From Botryllus schlosseri (lineage: Eukaryota), in NCBI GenBank assembly GCA_051294905.1, contig CM119386.1:6758001-6822000 (forward strand): a stretch of DNA of 64,000 bases, given 5' to 3'. Positions 23,728-37,649 of the stretch are shown here, piece by piece. The position numbers and the translations under genes were made by a program. The notes under the pieces were generated by a model. It did not search any database and was not told the origin of the DNA. It saw only the letters and a list, made by a program, of their open reading frames with translations. Each line of letters begins with the position of its first letter. The stretch's first letter is position 1.

Positions 23728-25676
23728 CACTGGTCTACAAGATTTTGCGACAGGACTTCTTTGGGTCAATTATACCTAATTTTGGGGCGCTGAATACGAA
23801 TCTGACGTTATTTTTGCTCTGTTACATCACGTTTTTGTGATATTATATAAGTTGAATAATTCTTGCGATTTCGTATTTAGCCAGCGTAGCCACCTCCGAG
23901 GTAATTCTTGCGATTTCGTATGTGGCCAGCGTAGCAACCTCCGACTACCTGTTGTAAGTATGCGATCACCCTCCGCAGACAAAATATAGGCTACTTATAG
24001 ATATTTAGTTATTTACTGACTTTAAGTAATTCCCAGACCTTTCATTTCATCTTCCACTTGAAATAGTTTTCACATGTCTTAGAAATTGCTACTTCTACTT
24101 GTAATTGAGTAGAAAAGTAAGGCGTTACTTGTACTACTTGAGTAGCAACGCCGATCACTTCGACCAACTCTAGTTCATAGTACAATATCACGGCAAATTA
24201 GAAATTGCCAAAAATGTAAAGCTTTTTTTATTTAAAACGGGCGTTTAATCATGCATAACAGTAAGAAAAAAAACTCGAAACCATTTAAAAACATTACTAG
24301 AAATTACCCAATGCTCATCTCTGGCCCTGTTACAGCAATAGGAACACAAGGTATGTGGTGTAGGCTACAAAATGTCCTATGTCGGGACGGATCGACTGTC
24401 CTAGAATCGATGCATGTTTATTTCTATTGTGAAGTAATACGCACTTCAGGTTTCGTGTTTCGAGCTGTTAGCAAGCAATCTCCATTCATCTGGTTGTCTA
24501 TATTAGACGAAACAAAAGAAGCCCTTTATATCATGGCAATAAACCAAAAGAAAAACAGTTCAGAAACAGCTTTCCTCGATTCCGATGAAATGTGACAGTA
24601 TATGGAAATTGGAGAAGAAGAATTAGTATGATAATTACAGGCGGAGATTATTGATGATAAATTTCTTTCAAGTTCTTTGGTAAAGCAGACATCCTATTTC
24701 TTTAAATATTACAAAACAAGCTTAAAAGGCCACATATTTGGGTCATGTACCGGAGTGAACGATTCTCTTCTACGAAATATGTCAAGAATACAGTGCTTAT
24801 TGTCTGACAACTTTTACGTTTTACGAAAGAGCAGTGTGCTGTCGCAAAATGCATTGATCGATTAAGTCTGCAGAACAGATGTATAAAGATAGATAACGTA
24901 GGGAACTAAATTAGGTATCGAACTACTAATCACAATGTTAAAACGAAGAGTGGCATATAACGATGATAACTGCTACCAACTAAAAAGCATCCACATGTAA
25001 ATTTATGGGTCGAAAAGAGGTCCTGGTCGAAAGAAGATAGAGAACCAATGGATTCAAGATCACCGAAAATTCAGTTATTCTGTTCTACAACAACCCGGGT
25101 TTCATCATTATAGATGATTTCAATAACAATATTTGATCTGTTGCTGTTGTACGCTCGCCGTAATGTCCCTAACGAAAGCCGAAATATGATTAATTTATGA
25201 AAATGATAAAATATATACCCAAAAAAATCTGACGTGATAGAGAAATTCTGAGCACAGAATCGGATTCAGCAACCTAATATTAGCCTTCATTAATCATTAA
25301 AATGTTTGGAGCACATTTTTTCGAAATTTGTAAACCAGTGTAATTTTATGGGTCGCGAAGAGCTTCTGATAGATAGAGAATCACTGGATTAAAGTTCACC
25401 GAAAAAAAAATTTATTCTGTACTACAACGACCCAGGTTTCATGATAGATGGTTTCAATAACAATATTTGATATCATGTTGTTGTATACTGACCGTGATGT
25501 CACTATCGAAAGCCGAGATTTGATTAATTTATGAATATGAGAAAAATTTATACGAAAAAAAATCTGATGTGGTGAAATATTCTGAGCACAGAATCGGATT
25601 CAGCAACCTTAAATTAGCCTATATCAACCATTAAAATTTTTGGCGCAATTTTTTTTTCGAAATTTGTAGACCAGTG
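23728..25676. mobile_element. Chapaev3-like (CMC) non-autonomous element
   Basis: TIR cactggtctacaa...ttgtagaccagtg; TTA on both flanks (CACTG ends with TWA TSD are typical of Chapaev3); right end tandemly duplicated. Confidence 0.7.
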
Positions 25677-25895
25677 TTAGCGCTGAAGAGCATAAACATT
25701 TGCAACATATACAGACGTCTTATATTCTCATAAAAGTAGCCCCTTGGTAGTTGGTCTCAAAGACTATACGAACTGAACCTCGATTGCTGCTTAGTGCTTA
25801 TCCATCCCAAGTCCCAGCATATATGTTTTTGAGCTGGGTTAGTTCAACTTCGTGAAAAGATCAACCCACTGTGAACAAGATATCGATGACGATAT

Positions 25896-26169
25896 TGTAT
25901 TGTATTGATGAGATAAGACAGTGGTGCTTATAGCCTTATGAGGCTTTGTGCTCCACGACAATGGCATAATGGCAATTCAACAGTTCAATGCATTTTTTCT
26001 TCTTTTTGGCGACTTCGATTCAGTCTCTCTCTCTCTCTTCCACACTCATTCATTCATCGGATCTTTGCTGCCGACTTTCCAGCTCGGCTTACTGTACTTT
26101 CTGGGCTTTTCAAGTCACTGTAATTGCAGTGAGGTCAGCGATACGACCATACCACGTTGAATACACCCG
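25896..26169 (-). mobile_element. Short retroposon insertion (LINE/SINE 3' end)
   Basis: 14-bp TSD atcgatgacgatat (25882-25895 and 26170-26183); (CAATA)n-like tail on the - strand; absent in unit 1. Confidence 0.7.
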
Positions 26170-26649
26170 ATCGATGACGATATAATAACGCTGATTAGAC
26201 GGTCATTTTTGCATACCGTGCTCTAAATATATGACTTCAGAAGCTGCGATGTTTTCGTCACCTTGATCTTGTTCCACAGCTGTTCTCTTTTGCTCTGGTT
26301 GTATGTATAGCCGAACAATAGCATGAACTCAGTCCTTTGAAATATAAAGTTGAAGAACTTCCCTTGCGACGGATGAAGATGACTGTATCAGATCGTAATT
26401 CGGCGCGTATTTACAATACACGACTCCGGGGCTATCTGCTATGATGAGGCGAAGTGATGCTGCATTCAAGTATGGCTTTTCTTGATGTGTCTACACTTAT
26501 TGAACATCGTTGCGCAGCTCTATAAATCTTCGATCGGCGATTTGCGATGGACTTTATGAAATTAATTAAAGATTCACCCCCAACAACCAAAAGTACGATT
26601 ATATCTCATGGCTTTGGTTCTTTTTTGATTCATGGTGGCCTGTAGTCCG

Positions 26650-27885
26650 GCCGTGTTATTTTTGAAACATGCCACAAATAAAATATCTTATTGTTGGCAT
26701 TTTTCAGATTTTATTTTATGCAATTGCGGCATCCCCATGAATTCATATTTATAGACTTGAATTCACCATATAAAACGCTTCAGTTTGGTCTTTCTTATGA
26801 AATGGAGGTCACAAAACATGCAGTAGCCTATCAACACTGTGCCCTCAAACAGCAAGATTTAATCTGAATTGGAAACGATGTTGGAGCCCAAATTTACCCG
26901 ATACAAAACCGAGTGCTTCTGCAACAACCCTTCTCAATAGTCAATTCCCTATGCGTGCAAAATGACCAGCATTCACACTGCTGGTCACAATACTTATGAT
27001 AAAAATTCAAAAGCGTTTCCTACATGTTTGGATTGCAGCCTTCACTACCCAACCAACGGTAAAAAATCATAGGTGACATTAATAATTAATCAATATTATA
27101 TGGAAAATTATCCACCTGGCGATGAAAAACTGGGAAAAGACAAAATTTATGTATGTATGTAAGGCACGTGTAGATCTGGAGGAATTTTGCACAGTGTCCT
27201 GTTGGAAAACGTGACATCATCTATCAGTTATTGAACAATGAACATGCAAAGAGTTTTCAATTGCAAGCTGAAGAGAACTGGAATTGAGTATATGCACATC
27301 GACATTGGCAATGCACATTGAGCTAAATATGGCGTGGATCGCGCATGGCGGCAGCATGATGGAACAGAATGCATGAGCATTGAGCAATGAGCATTGACAA
27401 CAGGAAAATGTCTATTAATTGCGCTAAATTTAAAAATTAGGGCCCTCTATCGTAGATTAAGAAACATGATGATTACTACTTTGGCGTACAGATATCAGAG
27501 ATCATCTACTTTCTAATAGCTTAATAACATTTACTTCCTATTTGCTGGATATCATCTATTTCCTAATCGCTGGATTTAGCAATTCACAGATTTGCCGTAA
27601 ATCCAGATTTAATCACTGGACTTTTTGGCCTTTCATTGACTTTTCATGGCCCCTGGGATAGTAGTCTGCGGACCATCGAAGGATTACGGACCCTAATTTA
27701 AGAGTTATGCTTTACACACTTATATTGTCGTTTCATACAAACTACTGTCAGATCTTTTTGACATTTTGATCAAAAACTTTCATTAATTCTATATTTTCAA
27801 GAAGACCTATTTTTGGCATTTTCAAAATTTTATTTTGGGCAGTTTTGGCTTTCGGTTTCGCGAAATGCCAAAAATAACACTGTCT
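26650..27885. mobile_element. Probable degenerate DNA element
   Basis: Insertion relative to unit 1 with imperfect inverted ends (gtgttattttt...aaaaataacac). Confidence 0.45.
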
Positions 27886-28310
27886 ACAGTACCTCAACAA
27901 GCCACCATTCATCAATCAACGCATTTCTCTTGGAAATACATAGTTTTAATCCTATGCCAGAGGTTTCGTAAATGCGGGTGGGGCTGTGGGTACTCTCGAA
28001 ACCGCATATCAGACATGAACGAACAATATTTTCTGAAATGGAGCATATACATACACAACATACATTAATAATTTTGGTATCATTTCCATAGTTGTCACAA
28101 TTACAGGAAAAGCGAGGCATTGTTCTCTGGATAGTTTCTGGTGGTGTAGATGCGGTTTTAGTTATGTTATTTTAGACCGATGAAGGACGTAGGCTACTAA
28201 GAGAAGCGAACGGAAAGATCAAGACTAGTCTAAAAGTGAAAGACAGCTGAATAAAGATCAACATCGAACAATTGACATCAAGAACTAAACACCGAGGTGA
28301 ATGCCAGAGA

Positions 28311-30991
28311 GACCGATGGTGTGAACGTGAGGTTCACGTTCGCGTTCTGTGTGTGAAACTCGGGAATTTAGAGGTTCGCGTTCACAACAGAACCTTGGTA
28401 GGTTTTGCACTGTGAATCTTTTTGGTAAATTGTAATTTGCACTTACTTATAAGATCTTTGGTTCAAATTTATTGCATTTCAACTGCGGGTCACTCTATGC
28501 ATGGCGCTGGCAGCATAAAAAATCAACACTAAACGAGCATGCACCGTGACAACCTTAAAAGTTTTTTACCGGTACTTGCTTTTTTGTTACCAAAAGTTGC
28601 CGAAAGCTCGTGTAACTAATAAAGTTATATTCATACAAGTGGACGTTAAATAGGGTGTGAAAGCTATCAAGGTCTTACGTTTATCGTCTGCTATCGGCGC
28701 AACAAAGTATTCAAAAATTTATCGAAATATCCGAGCTTTCCGTTTGTGAATATTTAGTGACTCTCTGCTGTGAGCTTGACCCGCAATCACACAACATCAC
28801 GAGCGATATACGTAGTCAGCGAATGATGCTTATTCAACCAATCAATGACATTGATATCGTTTTCTGATGTAAAAAATCGAGCGGGCGTACTGGGTCAATC
28901 TCGACTTCATATATTTACTGTATCAATAAAGCAAAATCCGTGCGATTAAGGTGCTGGCTACTGTTATATAACTTGTTGTTTATGGTATCGGTAGCGAGTA
29001 TAGAAACCCGTTTTACACTCTGCTCAATATCAATGTAGCAATACTCAGATTCCGAACACATCGTCCGGTCTGGTTAAGACCGTTAAGGCGTAAGCTTATA
29101 TTCCCTGGTAAGTCCTCGTCGAAATTGTTGGCAAAGCGACGGAATGTACTGATTCTATGAGATTATTATATCCTTTGATAACCGCGGTTGATACATTTAG
29201 CGACGTTTAAAAAGCCAATATGTACTTCAGCAATGCGACATTATGTGGCCCGAGTCTTCGCTTGGTATTGTGTACATTAATATAGGCCAGGGGTCACCAA
29301 CACGCGGTCCGCGAGGTCATATTTTGCGGCCCGCGGCCCGATTTGGAGAAATTTTGGAAGAATGCTCAGCGAAGCATTTCGAAATGCCGACATTGATTTC
29401 TGTTTAAACATATTATTGTTGTTGTTCAAGGTAAGCCATTCTACTGTGCCAAATATCACTATTCCTTCGGTTCGGCATCGTAATATCATTCTATGGAGGA
29501 ATATTTGCTGATATGAATGCGCAAATTGCCTTGGCGTGCAATGACCAACCACTGCCAAGACCGGGAGGCTTGATAAACGACTTCGGGCTCTACAAGAGAT
29601 CACTGCTTTACGAGTAGATAGTTTTCCAGCAAATAGGCTACCTTGTCTATAACTAACCCCAATATCGATTCTTTAATACTGGGGCGGTCAATCTACGGCA
29701 GTAGAAGAAAAATTATGCGGGCGTCGACACTCAATTCAATTAGGATGTGTTGGCGGCAGTCAATATTATGCAAATTGAATGGACGAATTGCCTCCCTAAT
29801 TAATGAGAGCTTTGAATTATTCTTGAAATTTTCTTCGCGCTGCGCGCGCGTCAATACGAGTTGATTTTTGATATTAATATAGCAGTTTCCATTGTAATCT
29901 GAGTCTCACAGTACAGAGGCGAACAACAGAGAAAAGTTATGTGCCCCATAAAGAAATACCAATTTCTAATCGTGTTCTTCTCATCCCGAGTTAAATTTTT
30001 TTGGTAGGCCTGCGTTTGGGCGAATCCAATATATTTCCACTATAACGACAATTCTAATGGGAGGTCAAGAAATAACTGCATGTAACATAGGAGACTAATG
30101 AGAATTGGCCCACCCAAAGATGCACCACAGCATTAATAACTTCTCTAAGTTTTTTGAAGAAACCCCATGCATAAACTCTACCGGCGAATCTGATGACATG
30201 GGCCGAGAAAAGATGAATTTTGATAGTAATGTGTGAAACAATACTAATAATGCAATGACGAAATCCCCTCATGAACATGAAAAAATTTTCGCGCTTCGCG
30301 CGAATACAGTATGCGACTCCGTGTTGCCCATCTTCACAACATGACTATACTCACGATCTCGGTGCCCATAGTAAGCCGATATGAGTAAATAGATTTGTCC
30401 GGAGTGTACCAGCAATGGACATGGTGAGGTTAACGTAGATATTTGGCCCCAGCTTGTTTATTACCACCATGCACCGGAATGCGGCCGCGGGCTACATGAG
30501 TAATCGAAATGCGGCCGTGAATAGCAAATAGGTTGGCCACCCCTGTTTTGGTTGCTACAGAGTGTTGTCAGGTATCGTGCGCAGATCATAGTTCAAAATA
30601 TAATGAAATGGATGAGCATGATTTTTTGTATTTGTGTTTGTTCAATCAAATATTATTCATTTAGTGGCGACTATGCCCATCGCCCATGTAAGAGAGCACA
30701 GCATTGTACTTACGTAGAGTTATCGCACGTGATTGATAAGCTGCGTTGGCTATGTTAATCTCGATATTGAAGTCATGCGGCCCGCGGCCCCTGGGAGTTT
30801 TGAAAAGTGGCCCGCGACCCATTTTGAGTTGGCGACCCCTGATATAGGCTATCACGTCATTGAAAAAAAGGGTTGGAATTAGCAATAAGCAATATGACGT
30901 CACGAGGTTCACGTTCGTGTTCACACAGAACCTTTCAAAAAGGTTCGCGTTCACACGAACCCGAACCTTTCAGAGGTTCACACCATCCCTA
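28311..30991. mobile_element. hAT-like element (gatggtgtgaac ends) hosting nested MITEs
   Basis: Inverted ends gatggtgtgaac...gttcacaccatc with subterminal gttcacgttcg motifs; absent in unit 1. Confidence 0.6.
29288..30841. mobile_element. hAT-type MITE with a nested MITE at about 29679-30545
   Basis: TIR caggggtcaccaac...gttggcgacccctg; perfect TSD atataggc. Confidence 0.88.
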
Positions 30992-31236
30992 GTAACTACA
31001 TCACATTGCGTCCTGTGTATCGCATTCTACATTGTATGTGCCTTCAGAGAATGAGAAAATATAATCTGACTACTACGATTACGTTACGTCAATTTTCCAC
31101 GCCAGGTCCAAATCTGAGCATCATTGCTATTAAAAATTTTATCGATTCAAACTGCTTTAATGTAACGATTGATTGTTCGTGCCTATGGCGGAACACAAAT
31201 TCGAACAATAGAAAGTATGCAATAATAGGCTTAGGA

Positions 31237-32453
31237 CAGGGGTGGGCAACCTGCGGCCGTGGGAGGGAATTTGTGCGGCCGTGACACGTGATATAATTAC
31301 TATGTGTCAGGGGCCGTCAACAGGCAAATTGAATTTACGAACTGACTCCCGAATTTTTGAGAGACTTTGGTAGTTAGTCTTGAAATTTTCTTCGCGCTAG
31401 GCGGGATTCAATGCTAAACTTCATTTTCGATTTTAATATAGTAGCCTAGCGTCCTTCGCAATCTGAGCCCACAGTACAGATGCGAACAGCAGAGGGAAAT
31501 TATCCGCCCCATATAGAAAGACCAAATTCTCACGGAAGAAATTTCTTATAGTAATTTTGGGCGATTTCAACATATTTCCACTATAGCCTACCGGCAATCC
31601 TGAAGGGAGCTCAAGAAATAACAGCATGCAACAAAGTGACTAATAACAATTGTTCCACACGAAGAGGGATCATGATACCAGTGAATCTGATCACATGGTC
31701 TGATAAAGGATAAATATTTGATGGCAATAAGGGTTGCATTTAAAACAAAGGGTTGTTTAGAACACTTTGTCCAAAACATGTTTCAGACAGTGTTCTAAAC
31801 GAAGGCCTTTCAGATTTTTTTCCAAGTTGTATAAGTATGCCATTTTTGTGTAAATACTTTCCAAAAAACATGTTGTATGAGCCTACGGACGATTACGCAC
31901 CCGATATTGCCGATGTATACAATATCGGAGGTGGTGAAATCCTCTAAATATTCGGTTCAACAGCTATAGTTGGTAGATCTTTCTTCAAATGAGCTTTATT
32001 TACCCAATATTTTCACTTGTCAATGTAAATCCACTATGACGTCCCAATTGAATATTCGTGACGTCATGGTTTAAAAAGACAATAAAAATACAATAAAAAC
32101 ATGTTTTGAACAAGGACCTTGTTTTAAACATGTTTGTTTTGGATTGATTTTTATTTTAAATGCAGCCATAGCAATATGTGAATCTACCTAATCTGAAAAA
32201 AGTGCGCGCTTGGCGCGACCATAACGTATCCCAGTCAGTATTCAAGACATGGCCACTCACGATTTCAGTGCGTATAATAAGCCGATATCAGAAAGTAAAT
32301 TAGTCCGGAGTTCACCGTAAATGGACATGGGCAGTTTAACATGGGTATTGGGCGCCCAGTTAGTTCATTACGGCTTATACACTGGAATGCGGCCGTCGGC
32401 TACATAAGTAATCGCAATGCGGCCGTGAGTAGCAAAAAGGTTGCTCCGCCCTG
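31237..32453. mobile_element. MITE of the 2775/15522 family with a nested element at about 31732-32167
   Basis: Ends caggggtgggcaacc...ggttgctccgccctg; the inner piece has gg(t/c)tgcatttaaaa inverted ends. Confidence 0.7.
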
Positions 32454-33616
32454 TAGGGTCTAATCGCCGCTTTTCATCTGCACCGACGTTGTAACTAAGT
32501 AAGCTGAAACATGGGCATTGTTGGTATTCGTAAAGACATACCCTAGAATATGAGCATTACGAAAGAGAAAGGGCATATTTACTGATGTTGAACACACTTG
32601 GTTCAGGGTGCACGGAGTTATCGCACGAGGTAAATTGCATTACGTCATTCGTCACGCGTCTTCGCTTGCTTGGATTTCCCCTTGGGCATGATGCGGATAT
32701 CGTAAAATGACTTACTCTGTATCAACTGGAAAATACGCGGCAGCCCCTACTGGAATCTCGGTACGTTTCGCCTGATATAACAGGTGAGCAGCGATGATTT
32801 TCCAAGTTGAAGTACTAAAAAATAATTAAATAATTAAAAAATGAAACATAGTGTGAGCACAGGACACCGATTCCATACGCGCGCGGCAGTATTTGTTACG
32901 CCGCGCGAAAGCGATCCCGCGAAGCATTTAATACGAACTGACGAGATGAGTTGGGTACGTGCTAGTGTATAAGGACAGGGATCGCAGTGGAAATATATGA
33001 TAATAAGATTGATTGCAGATAATGCGTTTACACACCAAGTCAACAAAGGATTTTATGCGTTTGTGTCCGAGGTGTAAAAGACATTCGAAGAAGCCACACT
33101 TCCAGTCTTTCAGTTGTAAATTTTCAGCAGTAAGGGCTATGTATAGAACAGCTCTTAATTTGTAAGTGAATTAGTCCGGTTTACTAATGGTATTGATTTG
33201 GGTCCAGTGCAGTTTTTTATGCTAAGCAATACTGACTGGCATGACAACTTCGCGCAGTTTGAACCGTACAAATGATATGAAGGATTTACATGGAATTTAC
33301 AGCTGATTATATGGCAACATCAAGCCTGTATGTGTAATTGCATAATTGCATATTTACCATGCATCACGGCACGATAGTTAGTGAACCCAAGTTAAGAAAC
33401 GTTCAAGATCATTCACATTCGTGTTATAGGCCTACGCAATCTTGGTAATCTTTAGTCCCGCACGATTATTGCATTGATCAACGTTCCATCGCATACGGCT
33501 TGTGAGCAGTACGCTTACAAACCTGGAACTAAATTGCGTGACTCAATAAACAAACTGCAGTAAATTTCCCATTAAATGTAGCTATCGTATACGTATTTCC
33601 AGTCAGTGCTTTATAT

Positions 33617-34790
33617 CAGTGGTTCTCAACCTTTTTCGACTCGCGGACCGGTAAAATTTCAAAAAATGTCTTGCGGACCGGTGAACTGTCAAAATTGAAA
33701 CGAAGCCAAAATGTAAAGTATGCAACCGTTTTTTGCGATGATATGGTGCTAGAGAGTGACATTTAAAGGGTTTTGATCGCATTTAATTATATTCATGATG
33801 GCATCCATGTGATTTTATGGTAGTGAGTCTGGCCAGTCGAGGCACCGTGTCGTGCTACCTTGCTCAATGCTCATCGCCCACTGCCACCAGACGCAGGCTA
33901 CTCAGGCAACTGCGAATACAATGCGTACCGCAAGAAAACACATAACAGCAGTTATACCGGCCATGCGCAAATCCGGGCCGAAAAAGTACTTCGTCAGTCC
34001 ACCCCAAATATTTTGGTCTTGGGGCCACCACAGGGCGATAAGCCAAACTTCGGGGGGCTACGCCCCAAGATCCTACTTTTGGGTGGATGTTCTCACCTGT
34101 ACTTGTGATCACATCCATTCTACTCCGCGTAAGCAGTGAGTTTACGTAGCTTATCGCGACCATAGCGAAAATTTCCAATCATTCACGACTGAAGTGGTTT
34201 TCTCGCTGCCGAATTTTTGGCCCAAATTTCGGAGTCTCATATGTTAACCTAAACTTCATTATGTGTTGGTAAGTCGTGGCGCCGTAATGGCTGACGCCGA
34301 AATGCCTATAAATCATGCGTATTTCTCGAAGAAGGGCACCTAATAAGCAAGACATTTAGGGACACTAAATCGTGCTAAGCCCGAAAAGAAATTGAAAAAT
34401 GTTGGAAAAAGTTTCAAATAAAACGCTATGATTTATGTTTATTTGCGAAATAATTTTGGGCCCTTTTCAAGTTACGGTCCTGCCCAAAATAAATGAATCG
34501 AAAACCATTGATCAAACTGCGCTGTTTAGCGATGAGTGAGCTCGTATCTGTTCTGTATTTGTCGCTCGCATGTCGTCAAATGAAACGTCTTGAACTTTAA
34601 GTCAAATCGAGCATGTTTCCAGCCCTAACTTTACCTCACGAAGTTTTGAATCAGTTTAAAATTAGATGTTTTATTTATTTTATCAAAGGACAAGCCTTCA
34701 ACATTGCATCTTGAAATTGAAGTATTAAACTGTCATATACCTGGCGGACCGGCAGGAATGTTGTCGCGGACCGGCGGTTGAGAACCACTG
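33617..34790. mobile_element. hAT (Charlie-like) non-autonomous element
   Basis: TIR cagtggttctcaacc...ggttgagaaccactg; TSD ctttatat/ctttatac. Confidence 0.88.
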
Positions 34791-36519
34791 CTTTATACTA
34801 CCAACCTGATGTACTTTTATAGCCTGCTCTGATAACTATAGTTTTATGTCATTGCTTGGTTCATTGTGGTTTGAGAGTAAGTCCTATGCCTAGGTAATTC
34901 GATTCAGCTTCTAGCATTGCGCTTCGGGTTAAGTATTCCAGCCTGACTTCACAGCCATAGCAATCACATTGAAAGTAAGTTTCAACAGTATCTTTATTGG
35001 GCCACAATGCAATTATGTCAGTTTTGCGATATCCAAAATATTTCTGTACCGTATATCTGGACCATTACTATTTCGTAGTGCTTTGTGGTCATTGTAAGAG
35101 TCGATCTCAACTTAACAGATATTTCGCTCCATCACCATGAATATTCACAGCATTTGGTGAATCATTATCGAAGGCGAGATACCGTCACGTCGGTCAGTCG
35201 AGGCCACGGGGATCTAACCGTGGAAATAAAGTATTGTTTGTATTGAAATTTACATTTTTCGTTGAAAAAAGAAACGTTAATTTTGTTACTGAAAAAAGCG
35301 ACTTGCGACATTACTCGAATCAGTAGAGTTGATACTCTTCTCGGATTTGGCTCCTCGATTCTTTATTCCCAGCCCTACCTGACCGTAATGATACGACGTA
35401 GCCTTTATCAAAGTTGCGTAGGACCTTAAAAGTTTCCTTGATATTGATCGGAAAACCAACATTGATGAAATCTTTCAACCCTAAATCTGAGGGAGAGCAC
35501 GGCTAAATAATGTTAACGATCTCGCCCCTGACCAGGGACTGGTAGTGTAATTGGCACACCAAAAACCTCCAGATTTGGAGGGGCAGAGTGTCACGATGGC
35601 CATACTTTCACATAGTCACTGTTGAAGCTGAAATCGTTTTTACCAAGATCATATCAGTTATGTGCTTCGCGAATGAATTACTACCATGCTAATCATATCT
35701 CCTAATCCCGTAGCACTTGCTGTCATTATATCGCTAGTCGCTAACGATGTAGGTAGAGGGCGCGATCAACGTTTGTAACGGGGACGGGCAACATACGGCC
35801 CGCGACGAGATTTTGAGCGGCCCGTAGATACGGGCGTAAATAGTAATGTGGCCCGCGACCACAATCTGTCGCAATCCCACACTACTTGCTTGTTACGTCA
35901 AATGATAGTGACTGTAGGTCGCTACCAAGGCTTACGTAGCGCCATATCTCTTATTTTGGTAGTAAACCAGTGTCACAAACTCGACTGATTGTCAAACTCT
36001 GAAATATTGTTTCTTAACTTTTTTTCGTTCAGCACCCCTTTTTGAAAATTGCCTAGGTCTGGCGCTCACACCCATATTTTAAGGATATTTCGGCGACAAA
36101 TAACGAACCGTCTAACTAAACGACGATACTCTTGATCAGTGGTTCTGATTGATTCTGGACCTATAAAACGAATAGAGTTAAATACCAACGCAAAAAGGCG
36201 CTTTATCGCTCATATATACGTAGAAATACTTAACTACGTAAAAAAATGCCTCGGAATTATAGTTCCCAGCCAAAATAGAGAATAGTGTATAGAGAAACGA
36301 ATTGATGAGATGCAAAACATTACCAATTTAAAAATTGATATGATACAATTCTAGCTTGGTTGAGGACTATAAGCTATATTGGAATTCAATTTCAATAAAA
36401 AAAAGAGGTTTGGTTAAGTTAAAAACAGAGAACGGGAATAGACATTTTGCTATTCAATTACTTTACTATAGTAGTTTATGACAGCGTAAGCTGTAAGCTT
36501 CGATCACTTCGTTTGCGGT

Positions 36520-36815
36520 CAATGTATTTGTGAGATAACAATGGGGCTTATTAAACCGCACGATCATTTAATGATTGGTCACTCTCACGGGTTACACCAG
36601 CGTTTTGCGTACAACCCGAACATATGCAAGATGCAATGATTTTCATCGACATCGATTGCTTGATGACTTGAAATTGACTCGTGAATTTTGCTCCGAGTCA
36701 CGAGTCAATCGGTATTTCTGATACGCCGAGTCAAGTCAAGTCAAGTCATTTTAGCAAAGTGACTCGAGTCAACTCAAGTCATATGAAAAAGGTGACTCGA
36801 GTCATTCCAACACTG
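36520..36815. mobile_element. Right end of a GAGTC-repeat hAT-like element (family of 49754-51117)
   Basis: gagtcaagtcaagtc arrays ending ccaacactg; homologous to about 50780-51117. Confidence 0.7.
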
Positions 36816-37649
36816 GTAATCAATGCATCTTCTGGGGGCTGGCTATTATAGCATCTGGTCGTTAATTTTTTTGAATGATTTTGTTAATAATATTGGTTCT
36901 TCCGTGATCCATATAGGCTATTACTATATACTATATCTTCTCCCCGCCCACATTATCCGACTTAGCGGTAGAGCTGGTGCAGGATGATGACTTCGAAAAT
37001 GCAGGAAGCGTGATTGTACATCGTTAAGTCATGTTCATGGCACACCGGTAAGATTATTTATCAACCTAATGCCGGTGCGCACCACTGAGCGATACAAACA
37101 ACACACATCCGGAAGTTTCCAACCTTTTAGGGTCGCGACTCCATTTCCAATTTGAAAATGCTCCGTGGCCTAGCTCAAAAGTTGATAAGCTGATTGCTAT
37201 AAAAAGGTTATGACCTTTGCCAGACATACTGGCGACCTATTTTGGTAGCTGATTACGTTCAACATCTTTGAATAAATCATTTAAATCGCCTTAACCTACT
37301 CTAGGAATATACCGTAATGTTATCCCACATCAACTATGCCACCGAGATCTAGCTCATCAAACTCTAGTTTCTGAGCGTCACACGAGCTCGAACTTCGAAA
37401 CATTGTAGCACTTCGTATTCTCATGCACTTGCACGCTCTACAGTTCCCCAAGGGAATATATGCTTGAAGCTTGTAACCTGCAATATTTTTTGTTATCAAT
37501 AATTCTTCACGGAGAAACCCATTAATAGTCCCTATAGTTATGACTGGAAGGGACATATTATCCCACATCAACCATGCCCTTCGAGGTCTAGCTCACCAAA
37601 CCCTAGTTGCTGAGCGCCATACCAACTCCATATCCACCCACCCACACCT

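Larger units (their letters stand above)
26217..35760 (-). pseudogene. Decayed CTL/FN3/Ig-like gene, unit 2 copy
   Basis: Homologous blocks: RYNDSKCYGI near 35740-35710; FN3-like about 35220-34860; acceptor tttcag| at 28033; Ig-like 26545-26217 (SISVDTSRKAILECSIT...IRAELRSDTV...STLYFKGLSSCYCSA). Interrupted by several insertions. Confidence 0.45.
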